Of a stretch of DNA of 64,000 bases, positions 1-9,904 are shown piece by piece; within the stretch, counting starts at the first letter, position 1, and the number at the start of each line of letters is the position of its first letter. This DNA comes from Microgenomates group bacterium (GTDB lineage: Bacteria; Patescibacteriota; Microgenomatia; UBA10105; UBA927). Position numbers and translations under genes: made by a program. Where the stretch lies: assembly GCA_049287205.1 (NCBI GenBank), contig JBAQFJ010000001.1, forward strand, positions 122,042-186,041. Reading direction: 5' to 3'. The notes below the pieces were generated by a model. It saw only the letters and a list, made by a program, of their open reading frames with translations. It had not been told where the DNA came from and did no database searches.

Positions 1-76
1 ATGAATTATTTAAGACGCTTGACGGAAAATACGATACGTTGGGACTCGCGTTGCAAAACATTCGGTAAATCCGTAG

Positions 77-96
77 CCTCAGGGTCAGACCCTCTC
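77..96. repeat. GAGGGTC-W-GACCCTC palindromic element, copy 1
   Basis: cctcAGGGTCAGACCCTctc, about 45 nt upstream of rpiB. Confidence 0.8.
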
Positions 97-139
97 AAGG
101 AGCATTTGCTTCCTTCCAGATTTGTTTTATACTGGTTAC

Positions 140-592
140 ATGACCGTCTTTCTTGGTGCAGACCACCGTGGATTTCCTCTTAAAGAGTATTTAAAAACGT
201 ATCTCGTGGGAAAAGGATATAGTGTTGTTGATTGTGGAAATACCGTGTTAGACCCTCATGATGATTATCCTGATTTTGCGTTTGCTGTTGCAAAAGCCGT
301 GATGGAACATCCAGAAGATCATCGGGGGATTGTGCTGTGTGGGAATGGCGCAGGTGTATCCATTGCAGTGAACAAAATTGATGGGGTACGCGCAGTGTTA
401 GGAGTGACTCCTGAACAGGTGAAAGATGCACGAAATGACGACGATATTAATATTATTGCCCTTGCTTCAAATTATCTCACAGAGAATCAAGCCTCTGGTA
501 TTGTGGATTCGTTTTTAACAACTTCGTTTGGAGCAAAAGAACGATATATTCGTCGTATTGAAAAGATTACGACACAGGAACAGCAAATATAA
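140..592 (+). CDS. rpiB: ribose-5-phosphate isomerase B (RpiB/LacAB family)
   Basis: ORF 122..592 (TTG); the ATG at 140 gives MTVFLGADHRGFPLKEYL..CGNGAGVSIAVNK, typical of RpiB. Start chosen at the conserved N-terminus. Confidence 0.85.
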   Translation: MTVFLGADHRGFPLKEYLKTYLVGKGYSVVDCGNTVLDPHDDYPDFAFAVAKAVMEHPEDHRGIVLCGNGAGVSIAVNKIDGVRAVLGVTPEQVKDARNDDDINIIALASNYLTENQASGIVDSFLTTSFGAKERYIRRIEKITTQEQQI

Positions 593-594
593 TG

Positions 595-978
595 TCATTT
601 TTTTGGCATCGGAAGTGCGTCAATTGCTCGCGCAAGACCTTGTAAGGGAATATTTGCTGTATCTAAATCAATTTGGGATCCTTCCGGCCATGAATCGCTT
701 GCCATGCCAACGCGGAGTATGTGTGGAAATTTTTCTGCGATTGCTTGATTGATAAGCACTCCGTCTTTGTTTGTTTTGTCTCTACTATCAAAATTTACAT
801 CAAGACCTGCAACAACAACACCCTTTTCGATAAATTGGTTCATAGCTTGCAACGCCTCATCTATATTTGCTGCAGTGAGGACAACTTTATGCCCTCCACG
901 TTCAAGGAAAAATTTTTTTTCTTCCATGCGTTCAGGACGGTCGTCGGCAAGAAATATTGGTATGCTTTCAGGACTCAT
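595..978 (-). CDS. CheY-like receiver-domain protein (single domain), putative
   Basis: 127 aa; IFLADDRPE ... VVAGLDVNF ... GMASDS pattern resembles the acidic pocket, phospho-Asp and Ser/Thr of receiver domains. Weak. Confidence 0.4.
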   Translation of the reverse strand: MSPESIPIFLADDRPERMEEKKFFLERGGHKVVLTAANIDEALQAMNQFIEKGVVVAGLDVNFDSRDKTNKDGVLINQAIAEKFPHILRVGMASDSWPEGSQIDLDTANIPLQGLARAIDALPMPKK

Positions 979-1094
979 ACATGCATATATTGATTTTTTA
1001 TATTGTCATATCGTACTTGAATACCGCATTTCTGCATAGAGGGGAATTTCTCTTCTTGCAGGTTTTTCTTGTTTCCTTAATACTTATATATACT

Positions 1095-1736
1095 ATGGAA
1101 ATCATTCCCGGTATCTTAGAGACAGATGTCAAAGAAATTGAACGGAAAATAACACTTGTTGCGCCGTACGTGGAGACGGTTCAAATTGATATTGGCGACA
1201 ATACGATTTTTCCCTGTGACACGGTACATGATATGGCGATCCTCACGCCAATCATCGAAAAATTTACCAAAACCGGAACGAAATTTGAAGTGCATCTGAT
1301 GGTTGCTGATCCTATTTCGTATTTAAAACCGTTGGCTGATGCAGGCGTATCGCGGATAATTGCGCATGTCGAATGTCATGCTCCACGGGAATTTTTAGCA
1401 GAGGCGCGGACGCACGAAATGGAAGTGGGGCTCGCACTTGATGTGGAGTCGGATTTTGACCTTATTGAACCATACTTAGAAGAAGTGGATTTTGTTTTGG
1501 TTATGACGATTGAAACAGGTGCAAGCGGACAGGAATTTGAATCAAACGCAATGGAAACCATAAAAACAATTCACCGCAATTTGCCGGATTTGCCGATTGA
1601 AGTAGACGGCGGCATGACTCCTGATACGGCAAAAATTGTGCAAGAAGCAGGAGTGACACGGATTGTTACGACAAGCTTTATATTTAAAAGTGAACAGGAT
1701 ATTCCTTCAGCAATAGAATCGCTTCAAAATGCGTAA
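1095..1736 (+). CDS. rpe: ribulose-phosphate 3-epimerase
   Basis: ORF 957..1736; the conserved start MEIIPGILETD is at 1095. HLMVADP and EVDGG motifs of Rpe. Confidence 0.85.
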   Translation: MEIIPGILETDVKEIERKITLVAPYVETVQIDIGDNTIFPCDTVHDMAILTPIIEKFTKTGTKFEVHLMVADPISYLKPLADAGVSRIIAHVECHAPREFLAEARTHEMEVGLALDVESDFDLIEPYLEEVDFVLVMTIETGASGQEFESNAMETIKTIHRNLPDLPIEVDGGMTPDTAKIVQEAGVTRIVTTSFIFKSEQDIPSAIESLQNA

Positions 1737-1770
1737 GAGATAACAGGAAAATTTCTTCTTTGTTATACTT

Positions 1771-3639
1771 ATGATAGTTATGTTAGTTCCTGCTTTAAAA
1801 AAATTATGTACGCGTCTTCGTTATGATATTTTGACGATGACAACGACTGCCGGTAGCGGTCATCCGACCTCATCACTTTCTGCAGTGGAGTTAATGGCGA
1901 CACTGTATTTTAAATATCTCAGGCTTGATACAAAAAACCCAGATGCATATACGAATGACCGTGTTATTTTTTCCAAAGGACACGCATCACCATTGCTCTA
2001 CGCGCTGTTTCATGTTGCAGGATGTATTTCTGACAAAGAACTTGGCAACTATCGTCAATTTGGAAGCACTCTTGAAGGGCATCCTACGCCGCGATTTCTA
2101 TACGCAGACATTGCAACGGGATCACTCGGTCAAGGGCTTTCTGTGGGACTTGGTGAGGCCATAGCTGGTGCACCGCATGTGTTTGTTTTATTGGGTGATG
2201 GGGAATTGTCAGAAGGAGCTGTATGGGAAGCGGTGATGGCGGCAGGATTTCATAAAACGAATAATTTAATCGCACTTGTTGATGTAAATGCGCTCGAACA
2301 ATCGGGAAGTACGATGGAAGCGTGGGATACTGAGGTTTACAGAAAACGGTTTGAAAGCTTTGGGTGGGCAACGCTTGTGGTTGATGGGCATGACCTGAAA
2401 ATTTTGGATACGGCGTATCAAAAGGCGCTCGACTATCGTGGCGGCCCGACGGTAATCTTAGCAAAAACCAAAAAGGGAAATGGTATTTCATTTTTGGAAA
2501 ATAAACACGGATGGCATGGAAAAGTGCTTTCCAAAGAACAATTACATACCGCATTGCTTGAACTTGGGGATATAGATACATCATTTGAAGGCATTATCAA
2601 AAAACCAGATGTTTCTCATGAGCAACAGACATCTGCCTCTATGCGGGTTCAAAAAAATAGTACGTATGAAAAAGCGACGACCACAAGAGAGGGATTTGGG
2701 AAAGCAATAGTGCGGCTTGGAGTGGTAAATAGACAGATAATGGTTCTTGACGGTGATCTGGAAAAATCCACGTATACGCATTTGTTTCATGAAGCACTGC
2801 CACATCAATTTTTTGAAGGTCACATTGCAGAACAACTCATTGCAGGCATTGCATCTGGCATGTCTATTTGCGGGATGTATCCTGTCATTTCTTCGTATGG
2901 AAGTTTTTTAACCCGTGCAATCGATCAATTCAGAATGGCTGCAGTATCAGGAATACCCATGATGGTAAATGGATCGCACGGTGGGGTTTCTGTGGGTGCA
3001 GACGGTGTGTCTCAAATGGGGCTTGAAGATATCGCGTTGTTTCGTGCTCTGCCAAATTCCATTGTTATGAGTCCTGCAGATGCAGTGGCCGCAGAAAAAT
3101 TAACAGAACTCATATATGGTTATTCGGGAATTGCATATATCAGGACAACCCGGCCAAGTGTGCCTATTTTGTATGATGAAACAATGGAATTTATAATAGG
3201 CGGAAGTGTCACACACAAAGAACAGGGCTCCACTACGCCAAAGGCTGCGCGGAGTGAAAAAAAACTTGTGACCATTATTGCAACAGGAGTGACGGTGCAT
3301 GAAGCGCTGAAAGCGCAAAAAGAATTAGAAGACAGCGGCGTTCCAACGCGTGTGATTGATTGCTACAGTATTAAACCTGTTGATGCGACGGCAATTCGAA
3401 ACGCCGCAGCAGTTTCGAAACAATTGATTATTGTTGAAGACCACTATCCTGAAGGAGGGTTAGGCGAGGCAGTATTTACCGCACTTTCAGGCACAAATCT
3501 GGAGAGGGTCATACCCTCTCTTCAGATGAACATTACACATTTGGCGGTATACAAGCCGCCAATGTCAGGATCTGCAGAAGAATTGCTTCGATACGAAGAG
3601 ATTGATGCGACGGCAATAATTAGGACTGCGGTTGTATAA
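1771..3639 (+). CDS. tkt: transketolase (N- and C-terminal halves fused)
   Basis: 622 aa; TPP-binding N-terminus (TAGSGHPTSSLSAVELMATLYF, GDGELSEGAVWEA) plus pyrimidine-binding/C-terminal domains. Confidence 0.9.
   Translation: MIVMLVPALKKLCTRLRYDILTMTTTAGSGHPTSSLSAVELMATLYFKYLRLDTKNPDAYTNDRVIFSKGHASPLLYALFHVAGCISDKELGNYRQFGSTLEGHPTPRFLYADIATGSLGQGLSVGLGEAIAGAPHVFVLLGDGELSEGAVWEAVMAAGFHKTNNLIALVDVNALEQSGSTMEAWDTEVYRKRFESFGWATLVVDGHDLKILDTAYQKALDYRGGPTVILAKTKKGNGISFLENKHGWHGKVLSKEQLHTALLELGDIDTSFEGIIKKPDVSHEQQTSASMRVQKNSTYEKATTTREGFGKAIVRLGVVNRQIMVLDGDLEKSTYTHLFHEALPHQFFEGHIAEQLIAGIASGMSICGMYPVISSYGSFLTRAIDQFRMAAVSGIPMMVNGSHGGVSVGADGVSQMGLEDIALFRALPNSIVMSPADAVAAEKLTELIYGYSGIAYIRTTRPSVPILYDETMEFIIGGSVTHKEQGSTTPKAARSEKKLVTIIATGVTVHEALKAQKELEDSGVPTRVIDCYSIKPVDATAIRNAAAVSKQLIIVEDHYPEGGLGEAVFTALSGTNLERVIPSLQMNITHLAVYKPPMSGSAEELLRYEEIDATAIIRTAVV
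3502..3520. repeat. palindromic element, copy 2 (inside tkt coding sequence)
   Basis: GAGAGGGT-CAT-ACCCTCTC, perfect 8-bp stem; encodes LERVIPSL. Confidence 0.7.
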
Positions 3640-3650
3640 TACGGGTACGT

Positions 3651-3950
3651 ATGAGAAGACCAGAAACAGCTTCTCGACCGTCTTCTTTACCTCTTCAAAG
3701 ACCCGAGGCATTAAATCCATATCAGGAAGTTATGCGATATGTTGGTCAAGGGGGAACAGATATCGCTGAATCTTTGAGTGGAGGAATAACGATTACAGAG
3801 CATAGACCTGATGGGGATATTGTCAGTGTTGTTGGCGAAATTGACGAGAATCTTCCCGTCAAACAATCTGAAGGTGTTTCGTTTAGTTCTTTATCCGAGA
3901 ATGCGCAAAAACTTTACTACCAGTTGAAAAAAGAAGGAAGAATTCCGTAA
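3651..3950 (+). CDS. hypothetical small protein
   Basis: 99 aa ORF between tkt and the PPAT gene; no recognisable motif. Confidence 0.3.
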   Translation: MRRPETASRPSSLPLQRPEALNPYQEVMRYVGQGGTDIAESLSGGITITEHRPDGDIVSVVGEIDENLPVKQSEGVSFSSLSENAQKLYYQLKKEGRIP

Positions 3951-3994
3951 TGATGCTCTTTTCCGGTGTTTCAAAAGGTATATAATGAACGCTT

Positions 3995-4999
3995 ATGTAT
4001 ACTCATGCAGTGTGTGGCGGAACATTCGATCATTTTCATAGCGGCCACGTTGCACTTCTTACAGAGGCGTTTCATATTGCGACGCACGTGACCATTGGAC
4101 TTACTACTGACAAGTATGTTTCACACTATAAATATGATGAGGAAAATATATCCGGAGTTGCATGTGCTTCTTGTTCTTCCACAATTCAATCATATGGCAA
4201 GCGGAAACAACACCTAGAAGCATGGCTTCAGACCCAGGGATTTGCAGGTCGTGTTACCATCGTGCCTATTGATGATGCATATGGGCCGACAGTGAAGAAA
4301 AATACTGCGTCACAAGCAATGGATGTGCTTGTTGCTTCTGATGATACGAATGGTGGCGCAATAATGATTAATGAAAAAAGAAAAGCTGTTGGATTATCTG
4401 TTCTTCCTATTCATACGATTCATATGCTCCTTGCCGAGGATACAAAACCTATTTCTGCAACTCGTATCAGGAATCAGGAAATTGATGAAAAAGGAACACT
4501 TGTGATGCCTCATGCGATGAGAGGGGAACTTGCAGAACCATTTGGAACAGTGTTAAAAGATGGAAATACAGAATCCATTATTCGCGGTGATCATGAGGCG
4601 ATCATTATTTCTGTCGGAGACAAAACGACAAAACGGTTGGTAGAAAATGGTCTCGTACCTACGCTTGTTATTATTGACATGCAAGTAGAGCGTCAGCCGT
4701 ATGTTTGGGAAAAAGAGTTATGGGACAAACTGCCAAAAAAACAGCAGGAATTTGTGAGCGGTCCCGGATATATCAGCGCATCTGTTGTTGACGCGCTTGC
4801 CATATGGGCAAAAAAACCGACTCCTGTGAAGTTTGTGATTGATGGGGAAGAAGATTTGTTGGTCTTACCGGTTATTTGTCAGGCGCCAACCGATGCCGTT
4901 GTTTATTATGGTCAGCCTGGAGTTGGTATGGTGCGGGTTGTGGTGACAGAAGCAACTAAAAAACGCGCCGCCGCATTTTTACGGCAATTTACTTCGTAA
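3995..4999 (+). CDS. fused archaeal-type phosphopantetheine adenylyltransferase / DUF359 (GTP-dependent dephospho-CoA kinase-like) protein
   Basis: N-terminus: CGGTFDHFHSGH (HxGH) and ISATRIR (ISxTxIR) of cytidylyltransferase-like PPAT. C-terminal ~165 aa with VGDKTT..L..G..P.LVIID, EDLLVLPVI, YYGQPGVGMV recalled as DUF359/archaeal DPCK motifs. Confidence 0.6.
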   Translation: MYTHAVCGGTFDHFHSGHVALLTEAFHIATHVTIGLTTDKYVSHYKYDEENISGVACASCSSTIQSYGKRKQHLEAWLQTQGFAGRVTIVPIDDAYGPTVKKNTASQAMDVLVASDDTNGGAIMINEKRKAVGLSVLPIHTIHMLLAEDTKPISATRIRNQEIDEKGTLVMPHAMRGELAEPFGTVLKDGNTESIIRGDHEAIIISVGDKTTKRLVENGLVPTLVIIDMQVERQPYVWEKELWDKLPKKQQEFVSGPGYISASVVDALAIWAKKPTPVKFVIDGEEDLLVLPVICQAPTDAVVYYGQPGVGMVRVVVTEATKKRAAAFLRQFTS

Positions 5000-5023
5000 G
5001 TTTTTCCAGTATATACTAAGAAC

Positions 5024-5875
5024 ATGGCCATGTATGTTCCAGACAGTAAAACGCAGCGTTGGGTGATTATTGCTCCTTCAAGAAGTGACAGACCAACGGT
5101 TGCGCAAAAACCTTCCGCATATCATGTGTGCCCATTTTGCGTAGGGAATGAAAAGGACACACCTCCGGAATTGTATCGTATTGGCACTGGGGAACCGAAT
5201 ACTCCCGGATGGGAAGTGCGTGTTGTCCCTAATAAATATACGATCACTGATATCCATGAAGTCATTATTCATTCTCCCAGTTGCACAGACGATGTGGATA
5301 CGTTGCCGGTTGTACAAGTACAAAAAATATTCACGGCGTATCGAGATCGATATCGTGCGCATGAATCAGACGGGCAAGTGCTTATTTTCTGCAATCACGG
5401 AGTAACAGCTGGCGCTAGTCTCAAACACCCTCATAGTCAGCTTGTTGTTATTCCCAATCAAATAAATCTCGATTCATTGACCATTGAACCATTTAAAAAT
5501 ATTGTTGAGGAGTCTGCGTTATATATCACGTATTGTCCTGATTTTTCTCAATGGCCATTTGAGACATGGATTGCGCCAAAAACAGCAGGGAAAAAATTTA
5601 GTGAAGTAACTGATAGTGAGCTTCCAGAGCTTGCATCTGTTGTGAGTAGAGCCTTACACAAGGCAAGTAGCGTATTAAAAAGTCATGAGCTACGGTTTAA
5701 ACAGGCAAATGAGCCATTCGTGTTTAATTATTATATTTACCATGGAAAAGACTGGTTTATCCGTATTATTCCGCGTTCTATTCACCGGGCGGGTTTTGAA
5801 CTTGGAACCGGATTGAACGTCAATGTCATCGATCCTGTTGATGCAGCAAAGATGTTACAGAAGGCTGTAGTGTAA
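5024..5875 (+). CDS. galactose-1-phosphate uridylyltransferase family (GalT-like HIT) protein
   Basis: 283 aa; CPFCVGNE zinc motif and KHPHSQL (HxHxQ) histidine-triad motif as in GalT. Confidence 0.7.
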   Translation: MAMYVPDSKTQRWVIIAPSRSDRPTVAQKPSAYHVCPFCVGNEKDTPPELYRIGTGEPNTPGWEVRVVPNKYTITDIHEVIIHSPSCTDDVDTLPVVQVQKIFTAYRDRYRAHESDGQVLIFCNHGVTAGASLKHPHSQLVVIPNQINLDSLTIEPFKNIVEESALYITYCPDFSQWPFETWIAPKTAGKKFSEVTDSELPELASVVSRALHKASSVLKSHELRFKQANEPFVFNYYIYHGKDWFIRIIPRSIHRAGFELGTGLNVNVIDPVDAAKMLQKAVV

Positions 5876-5876
5876 G

Positions 5877-6077
5877 TTACACTTGTCCTTTTTGTTGAAG
5901 TCCCAAAAGCCACATGACTGCTTCTTTTTTGTAGCGTCTATCACCTCTGGAGTTAATGCGGATCGCAGGAAGCTTGCCCCGTTTACCCCAACGTTTAATC
6001 GTAAGAGGGGAAACACGCAAAATTTTTGCGACTTCCTTAACAGTTAATAAATCTGGCCATTCATCGCCCATTGCCAT
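5877..6077 (-). CDS. helix-turn-helix DNA-binding protein (excisionase/AlpA-like HTH_17)
   Basis: 66 aa; LTVKEVAKILRVSPLTIKRWGKRGKLPAIRI..RGDRRY is a typical Xis/MerR-type HTH. Confidence 0.6.
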   Translation of the reverse strand: MAMGDEWPDLLTVKEVAKILRVSPLTIKRWGKRGKLPAIRINSRGDRRYKKEAVMWLLGLQQKGQV

Positions 6078-6232
6078 ATGATCTCCTTTTCTTTTCGGGC
6101 AAGAAAAATGTATCGTTAGCAGTCAAACAATATCATGTGATGTCGGACATTGTCAATGGATGAAAATGTTTTGTGGATAAGTTGTGTGATAAAAAACATT
6201 TTACGACGTGAAAAAATAATTTTTTGTTTTTT

Positions 6233-6260
6233 TCAACAAAAATCCCCCTTGCGGGGGAAA
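6233..6260 (-). terminator. intrinsic terminator downstream of rplL
   Basis: Minus strand: tcccccgcaaggggga hairpin (6-bp GC stem, tetraloop) followed by tttttgttg. Confidence 0.7.
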
Positions 6261-6293
6261 TTTGTATTAATACTTTTATTTTAAAAAAAAATA

Positions 6294-6677
6294 TTACTTG
6301 AGCTCGGCTTTTGCACCAGCTGCCTCTAATTTCTTTTTGGCTTCTTCTGCTGCACTCTTTGCAAGTCCGGTAAGGACTTCTTTTGGAGCGGATTCAACGA
6401 GTGTTTTTGCTTCTACAAGTCCCAAAGTAGGAACGAGTTCACGCACTGCTTTAATTGCACCAATTTTGTTGGCGCCAGCTTCTGTGATGATAACATCAAA
6501 CACTGTTTGTTCTTCTTTTGCTTCTCCGGCTTCTGCTGCTGCAGGTCCTGCTGCGACTGCAACTGGAGCTGCTGACACACCGAATTTTTCTTCTAATGCT
6601 TTTACCAAATCGGAAAGTTCAAGAACGGTCATTTCTTCAACTGCCGACAAGATTTCTTCTTTTGTTAGTTTTGCCAT
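6294..6677 (-). CDS. rplL: 50S ribosomal protein L7/L12
   Basis: 127 aa; [10 protein letters not shown]..Ala-rich hinge..KAVREL..GLVEAK... Confidence 0.95.
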   Translation of the reverse strand: MAKLTKEEILSAVEEMTVLELSDLVKALEEKFGVSAAPVAVAAGPAAAEAGEAKEEQTVFDVIITEAGANKIGAIKAVRELVPTLGLVEAKTLVESAPKEVLTGLAKSAAEEAKKKLEAAGAKAELK

Positions 6678-6741
6678 AATATCTTGTCACCACCTTTCAA
6701 ACAACAATTTGAATTAATAAAAATACAAATTGGAAATTTTT

Positions 6742-7257
6742 TTACGCTGTTTTCTTTGCTTTTACACTGTTGAGTGCCCAAACCAATGTGTTCATGTTCC
6801 ATGATAGGGCATGATGTAGATTCGCGATTGGGCTCTTGAGTTGCCCTGCAAGAGACGCCAGCAATACTTCTTTGCCAGGAATGCTTGCAAGCTTTGAAAC
6901 ATCTTTTTCAGAGAGCACTGTGACACCTAATAGTCCGGCTTTTGTTTTGCCGACATTTGCAGCTTTAAAGAACTTCAGGAGTTCTTTCAAGCCTGAGACT
7001 TCATCTTTATAACTGAAAATTGTGGCTGTTGCTTGCTTTAACACGTCTTTTAACTGTGCTGCATTGTCACCCAATGCACGTTCCATGAGTTTGTTTTTGG
7101 TTACCATGAATTCTGCATCCACTGCTTTCATTTTTTTCCGGAGATCTTCCAGTTGTTTGTGTTTCAGCCCGATGTAGTCAGCAAAAATGATGGATTTTGA
7201 TTTTGCAATCTTATCAGTCATTTCTTGTACGACATCGATCTTTTTTTGTGTTGCCAT
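6742..7257 (-). CDS. rplJ: 50S ribosomal protein L10
   Basis: 171 aa; typical L10 profile, immediately upstream of rplL. Confidence 0.9.
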   Translation of the reverse strand: MATQKKIDVVQEMTDKIAKSKSIIFADYIGLKHKQLEDLRKKMKAVDAEFMVTKNKLMERALGDNAAQLKDVLKQATATIFSYKDEVSGLKELLKFFKAANVGKTKAGLLGVTVLSEKDVSKLASIPGKEVLLASLAGQLKSPIANLHHALSWNMNTLVWALNSVKAKKTA

Positions 7258-7333
7258 AGTATATTCCTTTCACACCCTCCGGGTGTCGTCACTCGTACGT
7301 TTTTTCTCTATGAATCGAAAAAACTACGAATTA

Positions 7334-7361
7334 ACAAAAAAAACTCCCGCTTCAAGCGAGA
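7334..7361 (-). terminator. hairpin + U-run in the rplA-rplJ intergenic leader (attenuator/terminator)
   Basis: Minus strand: ctctcgcttgaagcgggag hairpin followed by a run of 9 T; lies in the L10 leader. Confidence 0.5.
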
Positions 7362-7466
7362 GAATGATGCATCAGCTGTGTGACGCATATGTTTTCCCTC
7401 GGTAGGATTTATGGATTTCTCCGCCTACTGTCTCTAGGACGATGGTTATTTATACCATTTCGAGCG

Positions 7467-8363
7467 TTATAACGCAAGTTTGATTCCTGGTCCCATGGTT
7501 GTTGTGATCGTCACTTTGACGAGTTTGCTTTTTCCCATGGCGGTGAGCACTGCTTCAATGTTTTCTGTTAGTTGTTTTTCTTCAAATGACACTTTTCCGA
7601 CTGCCATGTGAATGATTGGATTGTCCGGTTCGCTCTTGTAATTAACCTGTCCCGTGGACAATTCTTTCACCCGTTTTTCGATATCGGTTGTCACTGTTCC
7701 TGTTTTTGGATTTGGCATCAGGCCTTTTGGTCCCAACACGCGGGCAACTTTGGCAAGTTTTGGCATCATGGATGGGTGAGCAACCAAGATGTCAAAATTG
7801 ATTTTTCCTGCGGTAATCTCTTCAATGACTTTGTCATCAGCAACAACCACGCGAACCTGTTTTCCTGTTCCATGTGGGAGTGTTACGCTACCACGGATAT
7901 CTTTTTTGTCGCCAAGCGTTAATGGATTGATGTTGATATGCATTTCAACCGTGCCGTCAAATTTTGTGATGCTGGTGAGTTTGACGAGTTTGAGTGCTTC
8001 CGGAAGGGAATACGACTTGTTTTTGTCAACCAGTTTTGCCGCTTCCTGATATTTTTTTCCGTGTTGTCGTGGTCCTGACACCTTTTTTTTCTTACTTTCT
8101 TTTGCCCCTTCGCCGTTTTCCACTTTATCCATCATGGCTTTGACTTCTGGTTTGAGTTCATCACCCTCGACCAAAACGGTGCGTTCGCCACCCTTGAGGT
8201 TGACGCCTTCGACTTTGGCTTTTTTGGCTTTTTTGCCTTCACGCCGAGCGTCAGCTTTTCGTTTTTGTTCTTTTTCTGCTTGTTCGTCACCAAGAATAAC
8301 TTTTCGTACTTTTCCCATATGATTACTCCGTTTTAATACCCATGCTTCGTGCAGTGCCTGCAA
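7467..8363 (-). CDS. rplA: 50S ribosomal protein L1 with Lys/Glu-rich N-terminal extension
   Basis: L1 core from [12 protein letters not shown]... to the C-terminus; about 90 aa K/E-rich extension upstream. Alternative start MGKVRK at 8318, 4 nt after the rplK stop. Confidence 0.85.
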   Translation of the reverse strand: MQALHEAWVLKRSNHMGKVRKVILGDEQAEKEQKRKADARREGKKAKKAKVEGVNLKGGERTVLVEGDELKPEVKAMMDKVENGEGAKESKKKKVSGPRQHGKKYQEAAKLVDKNKSYSLPEALKLVKLTSITKFDGTVEMHININPLTLGDKKDIRGSVTLPHGTGKQVRVVVADDKVIEEITAGKINFDILVAHPSMMPKLAKVARVLGPKGLMPNPKTGTVTTDIEKRVKELSTGQVNYKSEPDNPIIHMAVGKVSFEEKQLTENIEAVLTAMGKSKLVKVTITTTMGPGIKLAL

Positions 8364-8748
8364 CGACTTTCATGGCTGCTTCTACGTTGGTTGTGTTAAG
8401 ATCTGGTAATTTGTCTTTTGCAATTTGTTCTACCTGTGCATGGGTAAGCGTTGCAACGATTTCTCGTCCTGCTTTGCCACCGGCTTTATCGATGCCAAGC
8501 ATGCGTTTGATCATGGCTGCAACTGGTGGAAGTTTGGTAACAAAGGTAAATGTGCGGTCTTCAAAGACGGTGATCACTGCTGGAATGATCTGTCCTTTGA
8601 GTTTTGCGGTTCGTTCATTGTAGGCTTTGACGAATTCCATGATAGGAAGTCCATGTTGTCCAAGCGCTGGACCTACCGGTGGGGCTGCGTTTGCTTCGCC
8701 TGCCTTAAGGTTCAATTTAATGAGTGTTTTGACTTTTTTTGCTGCCAT
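8323..8748 (-). CDS. rplK: 50S ribosomal protein L11
   Basis: ORF 8323..8898; conserved start [33 protein letters not shown] is at 8748. Confidence 0.9.
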   Translation of the reverse strand: MAAKKVKTLIKLNLKAGEANAAPPVGPALGQHGLPIMEFVKAYNERTAKLKGQIIPAVITVFEDRTFTFVTKLPPVAAMIKRMLGIDKAGGKAGREIVATLTHAQVEQIAKDKLPDLNTTNVEAAMKVVAGTARSMGIKTE

Positions 8749-9098
8749 ATATTTTTGGGAAAACGCGGGTTTCGAAGAGAAAAGAGGAGTGCTCTTAGGT
8801 TCAATTCGAAACGGTTTTCGTCTCTTCCTCCATACTCGATGTATAGAAGTGAAAATGATTATATCAAGGAGCGTACCCCTCGTAAAGGGGGAATTCAATA
8901 AAAACCTATAGTTTATTGCGTCAGAGTGGTATAATCCCTCGGTAGTTTAAGAGAAAGGGCCACGGGATAAGACATATAAGGAGGTAAGATCGCACATTAA
9001 TAAATAGATCATGTTTGAATAAGCACACGTTTCGTGTACTTTTGTTTTTTCGCCGGTCGATGATAATCGACTCATCTATGTTTTGCCAAGGAGAAGAA

Positions 9099-9800
9099 AT
9101 GAACACCAAAGGAAAGAATAAATGGAATTTGGCTGGAGCAATTGCCGGGTTGAAAACAGCACAGGACGCTGTCGTCGCGCGACGTGATAGTTTGAACGCC
9201 TATGGCGAGTACGAACGAAGGCTCTATGAAGCAGCCTCTTTCATCAATGATGAGGGTCGGCCTATTGCAAAAGCTGACGCGAATACACTCGCCGGTCTGT
9301 TGATTCTTGATTGCACCAAAGCAATCCAAGCATTCGTCCGACAGATGCGCCGCAACGGGCTGCCTGCCTCTGTGGAAGTTCTACCGGTACAAAGACGGGG
9401 AAACGAGGTTGCAAATCAGATTCGTGCACGAAGCTTTGAGGGTGATGAACGACCGCCGTGTCTATTGACGACATTTGCTAAGGATAATCCGGCGCTTGAA
9501 GACACGCTCAGCTACTTTTTGCTCACTCCATCCGTTGGGTGGTTAATCACTGTCCGCATCGGGGAAGTTAGGAAAAAGTTTACATTGCATGCAACTGTTG
9601 GTTTTCCATTCCCTGAATCGTTAGAGGACGACCTTGTTGCACGAATTCCGCAACATAAAGACAAAAACAGGCGATACCAAGCATTTCCTCGCTCTGTTGT
9701 GTTTTTTTATGGTGATCCTTGGGATCAACATTATGTGGATTCCGTTGATGGGATCGAGCCGTGGTTACAAGGCTGGTTGCGCCAGATAACACCTATCTAA
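9099..9800 (+). CDS. hypothetical protein (GC-richer than its surroundings)
   Basis: ORF 9015..9800; the internal ATG at 9099 has AAGGAG 6 nt upstream. No recognisable domain. Extended -10 (TGGTATAAT) near 8935. Confidence 0.5.
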   Translation: MNTKGKNKWNLAGAIAGLKTAQDAVVARRDSLNAYGEYERRLYEAASFINDEGRPIAKADANTLAGLLILDCTKAIQAFVRQMRRNGLPASVEVLPVQRRGNEVANQIRARSFEGDERPPCLLTTFAKDNPALEDTLSYFLLTPSVGWLITVRIGEVRKKFTLHATVGFPFPESLEDDLVARIPQHKDKNRRYQAFPRSVVFFYGDPWDQHYVDSVDGIEPWLQGWLRQITPI

Positions 9801-9904
9801 GTTTTTGAACATGAATAAACGAAAAAAGAAATCTAAAAGGAATGCATTATGTCTGCATTGTTGTTATTCCTTTGTGATGTTTCTTTTTCTTTCGTCAAGT
9901 TTTG

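Noticed and set aside
1-183. 60-aa ORF at the window start.
   Set aside because: It overlaps the palindromic element and the rpiB 5' region, has no RBS and shows no similarity to anything. Most likely non-coding.
957-1094. 5' extensions of rpe (from 957), rplK (to 8898), the GT4 gene at 37171, the methyltransferase at 40753, pyrH-like at 50972 and the S2P gene (to 53102).
   Set aside because: The conserved N-termini begin at internal Met codons, and the extensions overlap neighbouring genes.
6298-6717. 139-aa ORF antisense to rplL, and similar antisense ORFs inside rplJ, rplA and rplK (7187-7405, 7608-8049, 8342-8911).
   Set aside because: They are fully embedded antisense to highly conserved ribosomal protein genes and have low-complexity translations. 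Spurious.
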